The notes under the pieces are model-generated. The model made no database searches, had not been told where the DNA came from, and saw only the letters and a list, made by a program, of their open reading frames with translations. DNA of 64,000 nt from Octopus vulgaris. Lineage: Eukaryota. The stretch lies in assembly GCA_951406725.2 (NCBI GenBank), contig OX597836.1, positions 26,970,001 through 27,034,000 on the forward strand, written 5' to 3'. Position 1 is the stretch's first letter; each line of letters opens with the position of its first letter. Below are positions 49,462 to 62,026 of the stretch, in pieces. The translations under genes and the position numbers were made by a program.

Positions 49462-49675
49462 GTAAACATTTAGAAATATTTTCCTTAAGTGAGATCAAAG
49501 TAAATCTAGATAAATTTTTTCCACCACTGTCTAGGGGAAAAAGGACTGGCCACATTAAGGAGCCCTGCTCTATACAATGGCAAATATATTCAGATATATT
49601 CAGTGATGTAACAAACAGAAACATCAGCCATTTGATGAAGTTATTTGTTTTTAAGCTTACTTCTCTTCTTTACAG

Positions 49676-49741
49676 ATATTTTTGAAAAAATATAAATTGG
49701 AAAATGCTGGGGAAGAGGAATTCTGGGATTGCTTTGAAAAG
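49676..49741 (+). CDS. M1 aminopeptidase exon 10
   Basis: ttacag| IFLKKYKLENAGEEEFWDCFEK |gtgagt, 66 nt. Confidence 0.9.
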
Positions 49742-50748
49742 GTGAGTATGAATGAGTTAAATGCAGTAATTGTTTTGTTTTCACTTTTCATAAATAATTC
49801 TACACCAAACATAACAACCAAGAAGAAACTAAGGTCAGCTGGAATATGAGTTTTTCAGATGGCAGGCTCAACTCTACTGTAATATATTTGGCATGGGTTT
49901 TAGTTGCTAATCCTTTGTTGGTTGATTGTTCACAGTATTAAGTTCACTACATGTGAAGACTGTGGAGGCGCAATGGCCCAGTGGTTAGGGCAGCGGACTC
50001 GCGATTGTAGGATCGCGGTTTCGATTCCCAGACCGGGCGTTGTGAGTGTTTATTGAGTGAAAACACCTAAAGCTCCACGAGGCTCCGACAGGGGATGGTG
50101 GTGTACTCTTTCACCACAACTTTCTCTCACTCTTTTTCCTGTTTCTGTTGTACCTGTATTTCAAAGGGCCGGCCTTGTCACTCTCTGTGTCACGCTGAAT
50201 ATCCCCGAGAACTACGTTAAGGGTACACGTGTCTGTGGAGTGCTCAGCCACTTACACGTTAATTTCACGAGCAGGCTGTTCCGTTGATCGGATCAACCGG
50301 AACCCTCGTCGTCATAACCGACAGAGTGCTTCCATACATGTGAAGACGAGAATGTCCACACTAATATTTGGGTTTTCTATTATTAACCCACATTGTTTAT
50401 AGTTACATGTGTACATATGTTTGATTAAATGGAATTACATTCACGAGATAACAAACATTACAGTTTGAAATCTTCAGTTAGTTTAAAAGATGTACTGGAT
50501 CATCTGTTGCTGGAAAATTACTAATTAACTCATAATATTAACCCTTTAGCATTTAAACTGGCCATAGCTGGCCCAGATGTTCTACCTGATTTATGTTTAA
50601 AACAGCCAGATCCAGCCTCTCACACCTATCCTACAATGTCATTCTAAAAATGAGTAGCTAGATCATCAAAATCTCAAAGCTATGAAATTATGAATGATTA
50701 ATTGAAAACAGTGTGATTAAATAAGCATTGCAGTTGATGGAATAATCT

Positions 50749-51575
50749 GGCGTGATGGTTAAGAGCATGGGCTACTAACCTCAAGATTCTGAGTTCGATT
50801 CCAGGCAGTGACCTAGTACCAGGCAGTAGCTCTCATGGCTTCTGATCTTAACTGATTGGAAGTGTTATCATGTACATTGTTTTGTCTTGGTATAAAAGAG
50901 GGGCTACAGCAAATATTCTGCTCAATACCACAGATTTGCTTGTCAGTTGTTTGACCTTAACCAGTTGAGCAAATCCCTTAGTGGCTGATGATGTGTGCAT
51001 CTCTGATCACGAGCAGAAGTAGTGGGGGAGCATCATAGCCATGTGTTGAGAGGGATTCTTTGGGGTTTGAATAGTTCACCTCTGGAAACATGGGTGGTTC
51101 TTTCAACATCCTTAAACAACCCTTATTCAGGGACCTTTGAGCGGGATGGGCTACTCAACCTGAAGAAAATTCTAACTGGGCTCCACCTGCAAGGTCATGT
51201 GCTGTTTATCTTGATATGAGATCACCATGTTGCGCACATATGGTTGTGATGCATGTGCCTGGTGTACCTTTATCAGACGGGTAGTCATGATGGGTATATT
51301 GGGCTTCGTATATTTTACCCCAGTGTCACTTTGATGGCATGAACTGCTCTCTCACTCAATAATAATAATAATAATAATAATAACAACAACAACAACATTG
51401 AAAACTACCTTAAGAATGAGAACCTAAGTTCGAAATTTCCTGAAGACACCTGATGAAGGCTGGAGGGTATATCAGCCGAAACATTGTGTTAACAACAAAC
51501 AAGATGAGGACAAATATCTGTCAAATGTAAATAATGTAAATAATGTACATAATTCATCTCTTAAATATAGAACTG
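50749..51575 (+). mobile_element. Solo tRNA-like plus hammerhead module, split by the (AAT)n-associated repeat
   Basis: tRNA-like head at 50749-50814. Hammerhead acac-CTGATGA-a-ggctg..cagcc-GAAAC-att-gtgt at 51446-51489. The tail matches 6205-6375 (reverse complement). Confidence 0.78.
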
Positions 51576-51638
51576 AAATACTTTCCTCTCTGGCCAATCT
51601 AAATTCTAAATGGTCAAACATAAATTTTTATCTTTTAG

Positions 51639-51784
51639 TTTATGGAGAGAAAAGATCTATCAGTGAAAGAAATAATGAAACGATGGACAAGTCAAGAAAA
51701 TTACCCTCTTGTTACTGTGAGTGGGATTAATTCAGGACAAACTGTACACGTCACGCAGGAGGCATTTTCATATGTAGAAGATCA
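51639..51784 (+). CDS. M1 aminopeptidase exon 11
   Basis: ttttag| LSVKEIMKRWTSQENYPLVTV...VTQEAF is the M1 IM..WT.Q.G.P..TV motif. CA|gtaagt donor. Confidence 0.92.
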
Positions 51785-51844
51785 GTAAGTATGGATAGAT
51801 TCTTTGTTTGATGGCAGCCATTGGGGGTCAAGAAACTAATTCAG

Positions 51845-52798
51845 GTCACAGGAAGATTTTATGAAAAGGATTACAAATAGCCTGGGCAAAGTTTAGAAAG
51901 CTTCTATCCCTACTGGTGACAAAGGGTCTCTTGCTCAGAGTGAAAGGTACGATGCATGTGTGCGAACTGCCATGCTTCATGGTAGTGAAACATGGGCTGT
52001 GACTGCAGAGGACATGTGTAGGCTTGAAAGAAATGAAGCTAGCATGATCTGCTGGATGTGTAATGTCAGTGTACACACACGACAGGGTGTAAGCGCCCTG
52101 AGAGAAATGCTGGACGTAAGAAGCATCAGATGTGGTGTGCAAGAGAGACGTTTGTGCTGGTATGGTCATGTACTGCGGATGGATAAGGAGAGATGTGTGA
52201 AGAAGTACCACTCCCAAATGGTTGAAGGTATCCGATGAAGAGGTAGTCCCAGGAAGACATGGGATGAGGTGGTCAAGCATGACCTTCAAATGTTGGGCCT
52301 CACAGAGGCAATGACAAAAGACTGAGATCTCTGGAGATATGCTGTGACTGCAAAGACCTGACAAATAATGTGAGTTCATGGCTGTTTCCTGCACAGTTTC
52401 GCATAGCCCCAGCCCATCCAAAGTACCTTGGATTGCAGAACAACCTGCTGTGCTTACCTTGGATCGTAGGGTGACCTGCTGTGCTTGAGGAGACCTATTG
52501 AGTCAAGTAGATCAACATCAAAATAAATATCAAATGGAAATTGTAGCTGTGATACCTGTGGCAGTGGCACGTAAAAAGCACCATCCGAACGTGGCCAATA
52601 CCAGTGCCACCTTGACTGGCTTCTGTGCCGGTGGCACGTAAAAAGCACCCACTACACTTACGGAGTAGTTGGCATTAGGAAGGGCATCCAGCTGTTGAAA
52701 CACTGCCAGATCAGACTGGAGCCTGGTGCAGCCTCCTGGCTTCCCAGACCCCGGTCGAACCGTCCAACCTGTGCTAGCACGGAAAACGGATGTTAAAC

Positions 52799-52828
<30 letters not shown>
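51845..52828 (+). mobile_element. RTE-clade LINE 3' end (ORF C-terminus, 3' UTR, (GAT)n tail)
   Basis: AWAKFR.LL.LLVTKG, ACVRTAMLHGSETWA...LERNE, RRLCWYGHVLRM, PRKTW. Ends ggaaaacggatgttaaac(gat)n. Confidence 0.88.
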
Positions 52829-52829
<1 letters not shown>

Positions 52830-53574
52830 AGGCCCTTGCACAATATGGCTTTAACCTTTTATGTGTTTCCTTCATTGGACTGTGATCACACTGGGGCACC
52901 AATTTGAAAGGGTTCAGTCAAATGAATTGACCCCAATAGTTTTTTTTTAAAGCCCTGGTGCTTATTCTATTGGTCTCTCTTGCCAAACTGCTAAGTTACA
53001 GGAGCATAAACAAACCAACACTGGTTGTCAAGTAGTGGTTGGAGACAAACGCAAACATAGAGATGTGCATGCACACACACACACACACTTACACACACAC
53101 ATACACACATACACACACACAAGCATACACACATGTATCTATTCACACACATACACATGATGGGCTTTTTCCAGTTTCTCTTCACCAAATCCATTCATGA
53201 GTCTTTTGTCAGCCCTGGGCTATAGTAGAGGACACTTGTCCAAGTTGCCACACAACGAAAAAAATGAATTGCTTCTGACCCTAGAGGAAGTAAGTTTTCC
53301 TTGGACTGGGTCTGTCGCAGGTGAGCTGCTAGATGCAGGAGGAAAGAGTGAGAGAAAGTTGTGGCAAAAGAGTCAGCAGAAGTTTGCCATTACCTTCTGC
53401 CGGGGCCACGTGGAACTTAGGTGTTTCGCTCAAAAACACACACATCACTTGGTCTGAGATCTGAACCCACGATCCCTCGACCGCAAGTCCGCTGCTCTAA
53501 TCATTATGCCATGTGCCTCCACACCTACAAAGTTTGGCTTGATTAATTCAAATCAATATGGAAAATTAAGTATT

Positions 53575-54295
53575 CATCATCATCATCATCGTTGGACGGT
53601 TCAACTGGGTTGGACGGTTCAACTGGGATCTGGGAAGCCAGAAGGCTGCACCAGGCCCAGTCTGATCTGGCAATGTTTCTATGGCTGGATGCCCTTCCTA
53701 ACGCCAACCACTCCATGAGTGTAGTGGGTGCTTTTTACGTGCCAGACGAGTCTGGCAAACGGCCACGATCGGATGGTGCTTTTTATGTGCCACCGGCACG
53801 GGGACCAGGCGAGTCTGGCAAACGGCCACAAACGGATGGTGCTTTTTATGTGCCACGGCATGGGGGCCAGGCGAGGCTGGCAAATGGCCACGATCGGATG
53901 GTGCTTTTTATGTGCCACCAGCACGGGGGCCAGGCGAGGCTGGCAACGGCCACGAATGGATGGTGCTTTTTATGTGCCACCGGCATGGGGCCAGGTGAGG
54001 CTGGCAAACGGCCACGATCGGATGGTGCTTTTTATGTGCCACCGGCACGGGGGCCAGGTGAGGCTGGCAAACGGCCACGATCGGATGGTGCTTTTTATGT
54101 GCCACCGGCACGGCGACCAGGCGAGGCTGGCAACACCCACGAACAGATGGTGCTTTTTACGTGCCACCGGAACGAGGCCAGGCGAGGCTGGCAAACGGCC
54201 ACGATTGGATGGTGCTTTTTATGTGCCAGGCGAAGCTGGCAACAGCCATGAACGGATGGTGCTTTTTACGTGCCACCGGCACGAGGCCAATCGGG
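53575..54295 (-). repeat. RTE 3'-UTR copy with a tandemly amplified ~60-bp unit
   Basis: About 9 copies of ggccacgatcggatggtgctttttatgtgccaccggcacggggccaggcgaggctggcaaac, homologous to the reverse complement of 52560-52650. Confidence 0.88.
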
Positions 54296-54886
54296 GCAAT
54301 ATTTGATGAAGTAATCTGAATGCCAAAAGGTTAACATAACTAAATAATAGAAGTCAATTTGTAGGGTACTTCTGCAGTTCTGTATTTCTCAGAATAAAAA
54401 CCTCATCTGAAGTATCACAAAGTTCCTGTCCCTAATCTTTTGAATATATATTTCAAGTACTTCTAAGTGTTTCAGTCAAAAGTTCAACATTTTTTACAAT
54501 AATTGAACCTGTCTCATTAGATAAATATGTGACTCTCAGGTTACTCAATTGCCACCTGCTTCTCCTCCACCGTTTGTCTTTATCATTTTCGTTTTACACT
54601 TTCTCTGCAATGGTTTTCTTCCACTTTTATCTTTTTGACTGCATTATTTTTTTATCAGGTGAATAACCTGCCAAAGTTGATCTTGGCTTTAATCTTTGTG
54701 GGTGGGGTCAGGTTGGGGGTGGGAGTATGGGGGAGTCAATAAAACAAGTACCAGTTGAATACTGGGGTCGATGTAACTGACTTAGCCCCTCCCCCAACAA
54801 TTTCTGGCCTTGTGCCAAAATTTGAAACCATTACTTTATCAGGTAATGTGTGTGTGTGTGTGTGTGTGTGTGTGATTGTGTGTGTC

Positions 54887-54975
<89 letters not shown>

Positions 54976-55134
54976 AACAGGCTTCTTTCGGTTTCTGTCT
55001 ACCAAATCCACTCACAAAGCTTTGGTTTGACTGAGACTATAGTAAAAGGCACGTGCCCAAGGTGGCACACAGTAGGACTGAACCCAGAACCATGTGGTTG
55101 GGAAGCAAGTTTCTTACCATTATATATATATTTT

Positions 55135-55960
55135 TTTTTGACTGTGTGAAGGAAAACATGACGAAACTGGATATGAACAAAAGTGATTGGGAAAACGATG
55201 TTCTAGATCGAAACAAGTGGAGAGGTGCTGTTAGGACTGGTAGCAATGCCTAGGAGCAAAAGATGATTCAGCACTCTGAGCTTAAAAGGGGCTGTCACAA
55301 AGGAACTGGGATCAACAATGAACAAGGGCGGCGAGCTGGCAGAGTCGTTAGCACACCGGGCGAAATGCTTAGCGGTATTTCGTCGGCCGTTACGTTCTGA
55401 GTTCAAATTCCACTGAGGTCAATTTTGCCTTTCATCCTTTCGGGGTCGATTAAATAAGTACCAGTTAGGCACTGGGGTTGATATATTCGACTTAATCCAT
55501 TTGTCTGTCCTTGTTTGTCCTCTCTGTGTTTAGCCCCTTGTAGGTAGTAAAGAAATAGGTATTGTGTCTGTCGTTACATTCTGAGTTCAAATTCCGCCGA
55601 GGTCAACTTTGCCTTTCATCCTTTCGGGGTCGATTAAATAAGTACCAGTTACGCATTGAGGTCGATATAATCGACTTAATCCGTGTGTCTGTCCTTGTTT
55701 GTCCCCTCTGTGTTTAGCCCCTTGTGGGTAGTAAAGAAATAGAGATCAACAATGAATATTGGATATGTATTATGTATGACTGGGTTCTGTTGTCAAAAGC
55801 AGGATACGTTAACCATAAGAAGTCACATGAAAAGTGAAATGCCCAGGTAGGTGATGATCTTGGACATCAACGGCCTCTTACGACTTGTGTCATATGTCAC
55901 AAAACTTGTAAGACAATATCTGGACTTGAAAGACATGTGCTAGGTCACAAAAACACTCCT
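55135..55960 (+). mobile_element. RTE-like LINE C-terminal remnant with C2H2-like fingers, interrupted by a SINE B dimer
   Basis: DCVKENM..LD....WE...LDRNKWR.AV..G, then WICIM...SKAGYVNHKKSH and CVICHKTCKTISGLERHVLGH. TSD gatcaacaatgaa at 55310 and 55744. Confidence 0.6.
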
Positions 55961-56190
55961 ACAGAATTGGATTACAAAGGGCAAAGATACGAAACCTGAA
56001 TTGTATCTGTTACTTGTGTTTTAAAACCTGTCAGTCTGCAGCTGATCTTAAAAGTCATCTAAGAGCTCATCAATGAAGTGGTTGTGCGAGGTGATGGGGT
56101 GTGGTGTGTGTGTTCATCTGTCAAGATGAAGCAATCATCATTTATATATATATGTGTGTGTGTGTGTGTATGTGTGTGTGTGTGTGTGTG

Positions 56191-56238
<48 letters not shown>

Positions 56239-56783
56239 TGTATATGTACGTATATGTATGTATATGTATGTATATGTATATATATATATATATGCAGTCG
56301 CCCATGCATACCAGCCTCCCCTCTCCATGTCACCGATGTTGTCCAAGGGAAAGGCAATGGCCGATACAGCTTGGCACCTGTGACGTCGCAACTCATTTCT
56401 ACAGCTGAGTGAACTGGAGCAACGTGAAATAAAGTGTCTTGCTCAAGAACACAACACGCAGCCCTATCCAGGATTCGAGCTCACAACCTCACGATTGTTA
56501 GCTCGACGCTCTAACCACTGAACTACGCACCTTCACTTATCAAAAATGTATCAGATATTCCAATCAGTCTAACTGATGTTTGGTATAAACCCATTTACAG
56601 CAGCTTTTGATACAATCTCACTATGGTCAATTAAGTAAACACTTGTTGATAAGAGTGAAATGGTACCATTTCACAGCAAAGTTGTACAAACATGACAGGT
56701 GTTTATCACCATTTAATGTATCGAATGGATTTAACTCAGTGATGACTAAAATCTATGCACTTACCACAGAGGTAAAGTTTATG

Positions 56784-56819
<36 letters not shown>

Positions 56820-56852
56820 CCCACTCAAATGATATATTTTTAAAATTTTTAG

Positions 56853-56932
56853 TGGTAAATGGATCATCCCATTCACTTTGTCTGATTCTGAAAACAGGAC
56901 CGGAAGACATTTCTATCTCCAACCTGAAACCA
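56853..56932 (+). CDS. M1 aminopeptidase exon 12
   Basis: ttttag| (H)GKWIIPFTL...FYLQPET, the M1 W.IP motif. A|gtaag donor; phases 2 and 1 fit the neighbours. Confidence 0.85.
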
Positions 56933-57024
56933 GTAAGAAAATCCTTTTATTTGTTGCAATTATTTCAATGAATTGATTGAGCTTGCTTTTTCTCTTTTTC
57001 CTCTTTTTTGAATTCTTTTGTTTT

Positions 57025-57592
57025 TACACTCCTCCTCCTCTTACTCCCCCCCTCCTCCTCCTCCTCCTCTCCCCCTCCCCTCCTCCTCCTCCACTTCCTC
57101 TTCTTTCTCCCTCACCTCTCTTCCCCTCCTTCTTCATCCCCCTTTTCCTCCTCCTCCACTTCCTCTTCTTTCTCCCTCACCCCTCTTCCCCTCCTTCTTC
57201 ATTCCCCTTTTCCTCCTCCTCCACTTCCTCTTCTTTCTCCCTCACCCTCTTCCCCTCCTTCTTCACTCCCCTTTCCTCCTCCTCCACTTCCTCCTTTACC
57301 TCCTCCACTTCCTCTTCCTCTTTCTCCCTCACCTCTCTCCATCCTTCTTCTTTATCCCCTCTTTTCCTTCTCCTCCTCCTACTCTTCTTCCTCCTCCTCC
57401 TCTTTCTCCTTCACTCTCTTTTTCTCCTCCTCTTCTTTCATCCCACCCTCCTCCCCTTCTCATCTTCCTCTGCTTTCTCCTTCTTCTCTTTCTCCTCCAC
57501 TTCCCCTTTCTCTTCCTCCTCCTCTTCTTTCTCCCCACCTCTCCTCCTCCCTTTTTTCCTCTTCCTCTTCCTTCTCCACCACCACCACCACC
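57025..57592 (+). repeat. Polypyrimidine (CCT/CT-rich) low-complexity tract with internal ~60-bp repeats
   Basis: About 570 nt of almost pure C/T. Confidence 0.95.
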
Positions 57593-57755
57593 GGCCTCAG
57601 CAGCTCTGGCAGAAGGTATTGGTGAACCTCTGCTAATGTTCAGTCCTTGAGGTTTAACACTCTCTAATTTCGTGACCTTTTGACCCTCAGTGAACTTCCC
57701 TTGCCTCAAGTCAGGAACCACCCTTTGCTAAATCTCCGTCCTTTTGCCCTTTCAG

Positions 57756-57877
57756 GTGCAGACATCTCTCTGAATAAACCACAATGGTACATTGCCAATA
57801 ACCACGGCTTCTATCGTGTTAACTATGACACCACCAACTGGCAGAACCTCATACACCAGCTCATGCAAGATCACACG
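57756..57877 (+). CDS. M1 aminopeptidase exon 13 (start of ERAP1-like C-terminal domain)
   Basis: tttcag| WYIANNHGFYRVNYDTTNWQNLIHQL..DHT |gtcagt. Confidence 0.94.
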
Positions 57878-59412
57878 GTCAGTGAAAGGACATCACCTAC
57901 TTTCTCACTATTGTTCATTATGTTCCGACTGTTCCCCTCTCTCTCTCTTTCGGAGAGGCACAAGCACCTACACGCACACATACACACACGGCAGTAACTT
58001 CCACCTACCGAATTCAATCACAAAGCTCCGGTCAGCTCGGGGCTATAGTGGAAGACACCTACCCAAAGTGCCACGCAGTGGGACTGAACCCGAAACCATG
58101 TAGCTAGGAAGCAAGCTCCCTAACCACACAGCCATTACTTGTGGAGGTACGTGGCTTAGTGGTTAGGGTGTTGGACTTATGATTGTAATATTGCGGTTTC
58201 AATTCCTGGACTGGGCAATGCATTGTATCCTTGAGCAAAACACTTCATTCCGTGTTGCTCCAGTCCACTCAGCTGGCAAAAAGAAGTAATCCTGTAATGG
58301 ACCGGTGCCCCCATCCAAGGCCGGTGGGGGGGGGGGGATATATATGACATAAAACTGGGAAATCGGCCCTTATGAGTCAGCATAACTCAAGAAGGTAACT
58401 TACCTTTTTAAGTAGAGGCACATGGCTCAGTGGTTAGAATGTTGGGCTCACAATCATGAGGTAGTAAGTTTGATTCCCGGACTGGGCTGTGTGTTGTGTT
58501 CTTGAGCAAGACACTTTATTTCACGTTGCTCCAGTTCACTCAGCTGTAGATATGAATAGTGATGCTGCTGGTGCCAAGCTTTATCAGCCCCTTTGCCTTT
58601 CCCTTGGATAACATCAGTGGTATGGAGAGGGGAGGCTGATATGCATGGATGACTGCTGGCCATCCATAAACAACCTTACTTCTTTATTGCCCACAAGGGG
58701 CTAAACATAGAGGGGACAAACAAGGACAGACAAAGGGATTAAGTTGATTACATTGACCCAGTGCGTAACTGGTACTTTATTTATCAACCCCGAAAGGACG
58801 AAAGGCAAAGTTGACCTCGGCAGAATTTGAACTCAGAACATAAAGACAGGTGAAATACCTATTTCTTTACTACCCACAAGGGGCTAAACATAGAGGGAAC
58901 AAACAAGGACAGACAAATGGATTAAGTCGATTATATTGACCCCAGTGCGTAACTGGTACTTATTTAATCGACCCCGAAAGAATGAAAGGCAAAGTCGACC
59001 TTGGCAGAATTTGAACTTAGAACATAACAGCAGACAAAATACCACTAAGCATTTTGCCTAGCGTTCTAATGTTTCTGCCAGCTCACTGCCTTAACAACCT
59101 TGTCCAGACTTGTGCCTTGGAAGGGAACTTTCTCATGGACATTCATAACTAAAGAGGGTCTTAACCCTTTACCCTACATACATATTATGATATGGAGCAG
59201 GGAGACTGGCATGGGAGACTGCTGGTCTTTCATAAACAACCTTGCTTGGACTTGTGCCTCAGTGGGGAACTTTCTATGTGCAATACCATAGTCATTCATG
59301 ATCGAAGGGGGTCTTTACCTTTTTTGCATTTTTTCTTACAATCCACCACCATCACCACCACCACCACCACCACCACCACCACTAAATCACCATTCACCAA
59401 TTATAATTTCAG

Positions 59413-59468
59413 GCCATCACGCCGGTCCAGAGAACCAATCTTATATCTGATTCATGGGCCCTGGTCAA
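59413..59468 (+). CDS. M1 aminopeptidase exon 14
   Basis: tttcag| AITPVQRTNLISDSWALVK |gtaagt, 56 nt; the I...NR..LI.D...LA motif. Confidence 0.9.
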
Positions 59469-60006
59469 GTAAGTAAAACCCAAATACTGTAACCTTACAA
59501 GGACTCAGTGAGGGGTTCACATTTTTATCTCATGATTACCAAAAGTTTTGCTGTTGTGTTGTTGTTGTCAGTCTTCATATCAGCCTAGATCCATTGAGGC
59601 CATTCCAGCTGTGACCATCCTGTCTTCTTTCACCAAACAACATAATCCAACACATCTTTATTTTAAGACTTGTGGTCGAGGGATCGTGGATTCAGATCTC
59701 AGACCGGGCGATGTGTGTGTTTATGAGTGAAACACCTAAGCTCCATGCAGCTCCGGCAGAAGGTATTGGTGAACCTCTGCTGACTCTTTCATCACAACTT
59801 TCTCTCACTCTTTCCTCCGGCGTCTTGCAGTTCACCTGTGATGGACTGGTGTATCGTCCAGGTGGGGAACCTATACGCCAATGAAATCAGGAAACCGGCC
59901 CTTATGAGCCAGGCATGGCTAACAACAATATCCTTAGTTACTCATCTGCAGCAGCATATGCTACCCAACTGCATCATCATCATCGTCGTCGTCGTCGTCG
60001 TCGTCG

Positions 60007-60058
<52 letters not shown>

Positions 60059-60569
60059 AATAAACTAATGAGAGCCTCTACATGATTGCACAATCTGTTA
60101 AAAACAGCAGCCAAATTTTTCCCTCAAATAACACTATACTGTCTTAATAAAAAAAATTAACACACTTGATAGTGTAGTCCTAGATACACCATGTCTGGCA
60201 AAAAGTGATAGACGGACATGGACAGAGCATCTTTCGCTATTAGTCTACTTGTTCAGGGCTGGCCTAGGGATAAACTACTGCCACTGCTATCACCACCAAT
60301 ACTACCCCCCCCTCCACCTCCACCACCCGTGGACTTGGGGACAGCAAGAGACCCTCCACATGACCATCCCATATATAGCACTGAAATCTTTATCAATTCA
60401 AATAATCATCTCAGAAAAGGAAGGACACATTGGCTAGTGTATTCCTTGGTAGACTGTGTCTAAATGAGAAGAGACAGGAAATGATCATAGAATCATAAGT
60501 TTGATTATAAGTCAGCTGGATTATCTGACCTGGGGCCAAACAATAACAATTACAAAAAGCACAGCTGCC

Positions 60570-61068
60570 CTACCACCATCAAACACCACCACACACTACC
60601 TACAACACTACACCACCACTACCATCAAACATTGCCTTCACCATCACCACCACCACCACCACAACCACCACCACCCTGACCATACTACCATCATCATCAC
60701 TATATCACCACCACCATACACCACCACACACTACCTACACTACACCACCACTACCATCAAACATTGCCTTCACCATTACCACCACCACCACCACCACCAT
60801 CACCCTGACCATACTACCATCATCATCACTATATCACCACCACCATACACCACCACACACTACCTACAACACTACACCACCACTACCATCAAACATTGCC
60901 TTCACCATCACCACCACCACCACCACCACCATCACCCTGACCATACTACCATCATCATCACTATATCACCACCACCATACACCACCACACACTACCTACA
61001 ACACTACACCACCACTACCATCAAACATTGCCTTCACCATCACCATCACCACCACCATTACCACACTT
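60570..61068 (+). repeat. CAC-rich higher-order tandem repeat (~133-bp unit, about 3.7 copies)
   Basis: caccacacactacctacaacactacaccaccactaccatcaaacattgccttcacc recurs four times. Confidence 0.92.
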
Positions 61069-61107
61069 TCTAACATGTCCATGTTTGCCTCTGGTACTCT
61101 TTTACAG

Positions 61108-61255
61108 ATCCAATAAGTTAGATGTGAACATCTTCCTGAGTCTTCTTGACTATATGAACAAAGAAACTGAGTACTTACCCTGGATGGCTTTCTTTGGGGC
61201 CACTTCTGAACTCTTCAGTTACTCAAGCCAATCTGAGAATCTTCCCACTTATTTG
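61108..61255 (+). CDS. M1 aminopeptidase exon 15
   Basis: ttacag| SNKLDVNIFLSLLDYMNKETEYLPW...TYL |gtatg, 148 nt. Confidence 0.92.
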
Positions 61256-61264
61256 GTATGCTTG

Positions 61265-61632
61265 GCTTTTGTCTTTATTGTCCACCCATCTATTATTGTC
61301 TTTATTGTCCATCCGTCAATTTTTGTCTTTATTGTCCATCCATCCATTGTTGTCTTTATTGTCCACCCTTCCATTTTTTCTTTATTGTCCATCCGTCCAT
61401 TATTGTCTTTATTGTCCATCCGTCAATTTTTGTCTTTATTGTCCATCCATCCATTGTTGTCTTTATTGTCCACCCTTCCATTTTTTTCTTTATTGTCCAC
61501 CCGTCCATTATTGTCTTTATTGTCCATCCGTCAAGGTTGTCTTTATTGTCCACCCTTCCATTATTGTCTTTATTGTCCACCCGTCCATTATTGTCTTTAT
61601 TGTCCATCCGTCCATTTTTGTCTTTATTGTCA
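61265..61632 (+). repeat. 27-bp minisatellite (ttgtctttattgtccacccgtccatta), about 13 copies
   Basis: Directly visible tandem array. Confidence 0.95.
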
Positions 61633-61949
61633 TAATTTAAAGAGAAATCATTAGTGTTGATGACAATTTCAGTCAGAAAAGGGCAAGGGAGGGAACTTTG
61701 AAATTTAAATGAATTAAAAATTAAATGATGACAAGCTGTGCGAAGTGTGCCTAATGTTTAGCAAGTAAGGGAGATGACTGTGAACATGTTTGAGTCATAT
61801 TAGACCTCATCAATGTCATATAGTGGAAACAAGTGGGAACCAGATTTTAGTATGACCTGAGTTGGATCATCAATTTTGCAGTCTGTGGCTGCTTTGAGAG
61901 TTTTACTTCCATCACTTACTTTTCTAACCCAATTATTTAATTTTTACAG

Positions 61950-62026
61950 TATTTCTTCCAAGAAAAGATTAAAAATATTTACCAAAAAGTGGCTTGGATT
62001 GATCACGGCTTGAGTTTGAATGACAG
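61950..62026 (+). CDS. M1 aminopeptidase exon 16
   Basis: tttacag| YFFQEKIKNIYQKVAWIDHGLSLND AG|gtaag. Confidence 0.87.

Noticed and set aside
53592-54306. Repetitive 219-aa ORF (GKRPRSDGAFYVPPARGPGEA)n, or a CRISPR-like array
   Set aside because: A tandem repeat derived from an RTE 3' UTR. There are no unique spacers, no cas genes, and the context is a eukaryotic intron.
50539-54334. A single piggyBac element (TTAACCCTTTAGCATT...AATGCCAAAAGGTTAA) enclosing exon 11
   Set aside because: The left copy is almost complete by about 50748, and the right end belongs to a second, interrupted copy beginning near 53535. These are two separate MITEs, not exon capture.
56977-57721. Pro/Ser/Leu-rich ORFs of more than 200 aa
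   Set aside because: A polypyrimidine low-complexity tract that lacks stop codons by composition.
60501-61073. His/Thr-rich 190-aa ORF
   Set aside because: A CAC-based tandem repeat inside intron 14, with no splice or start support.
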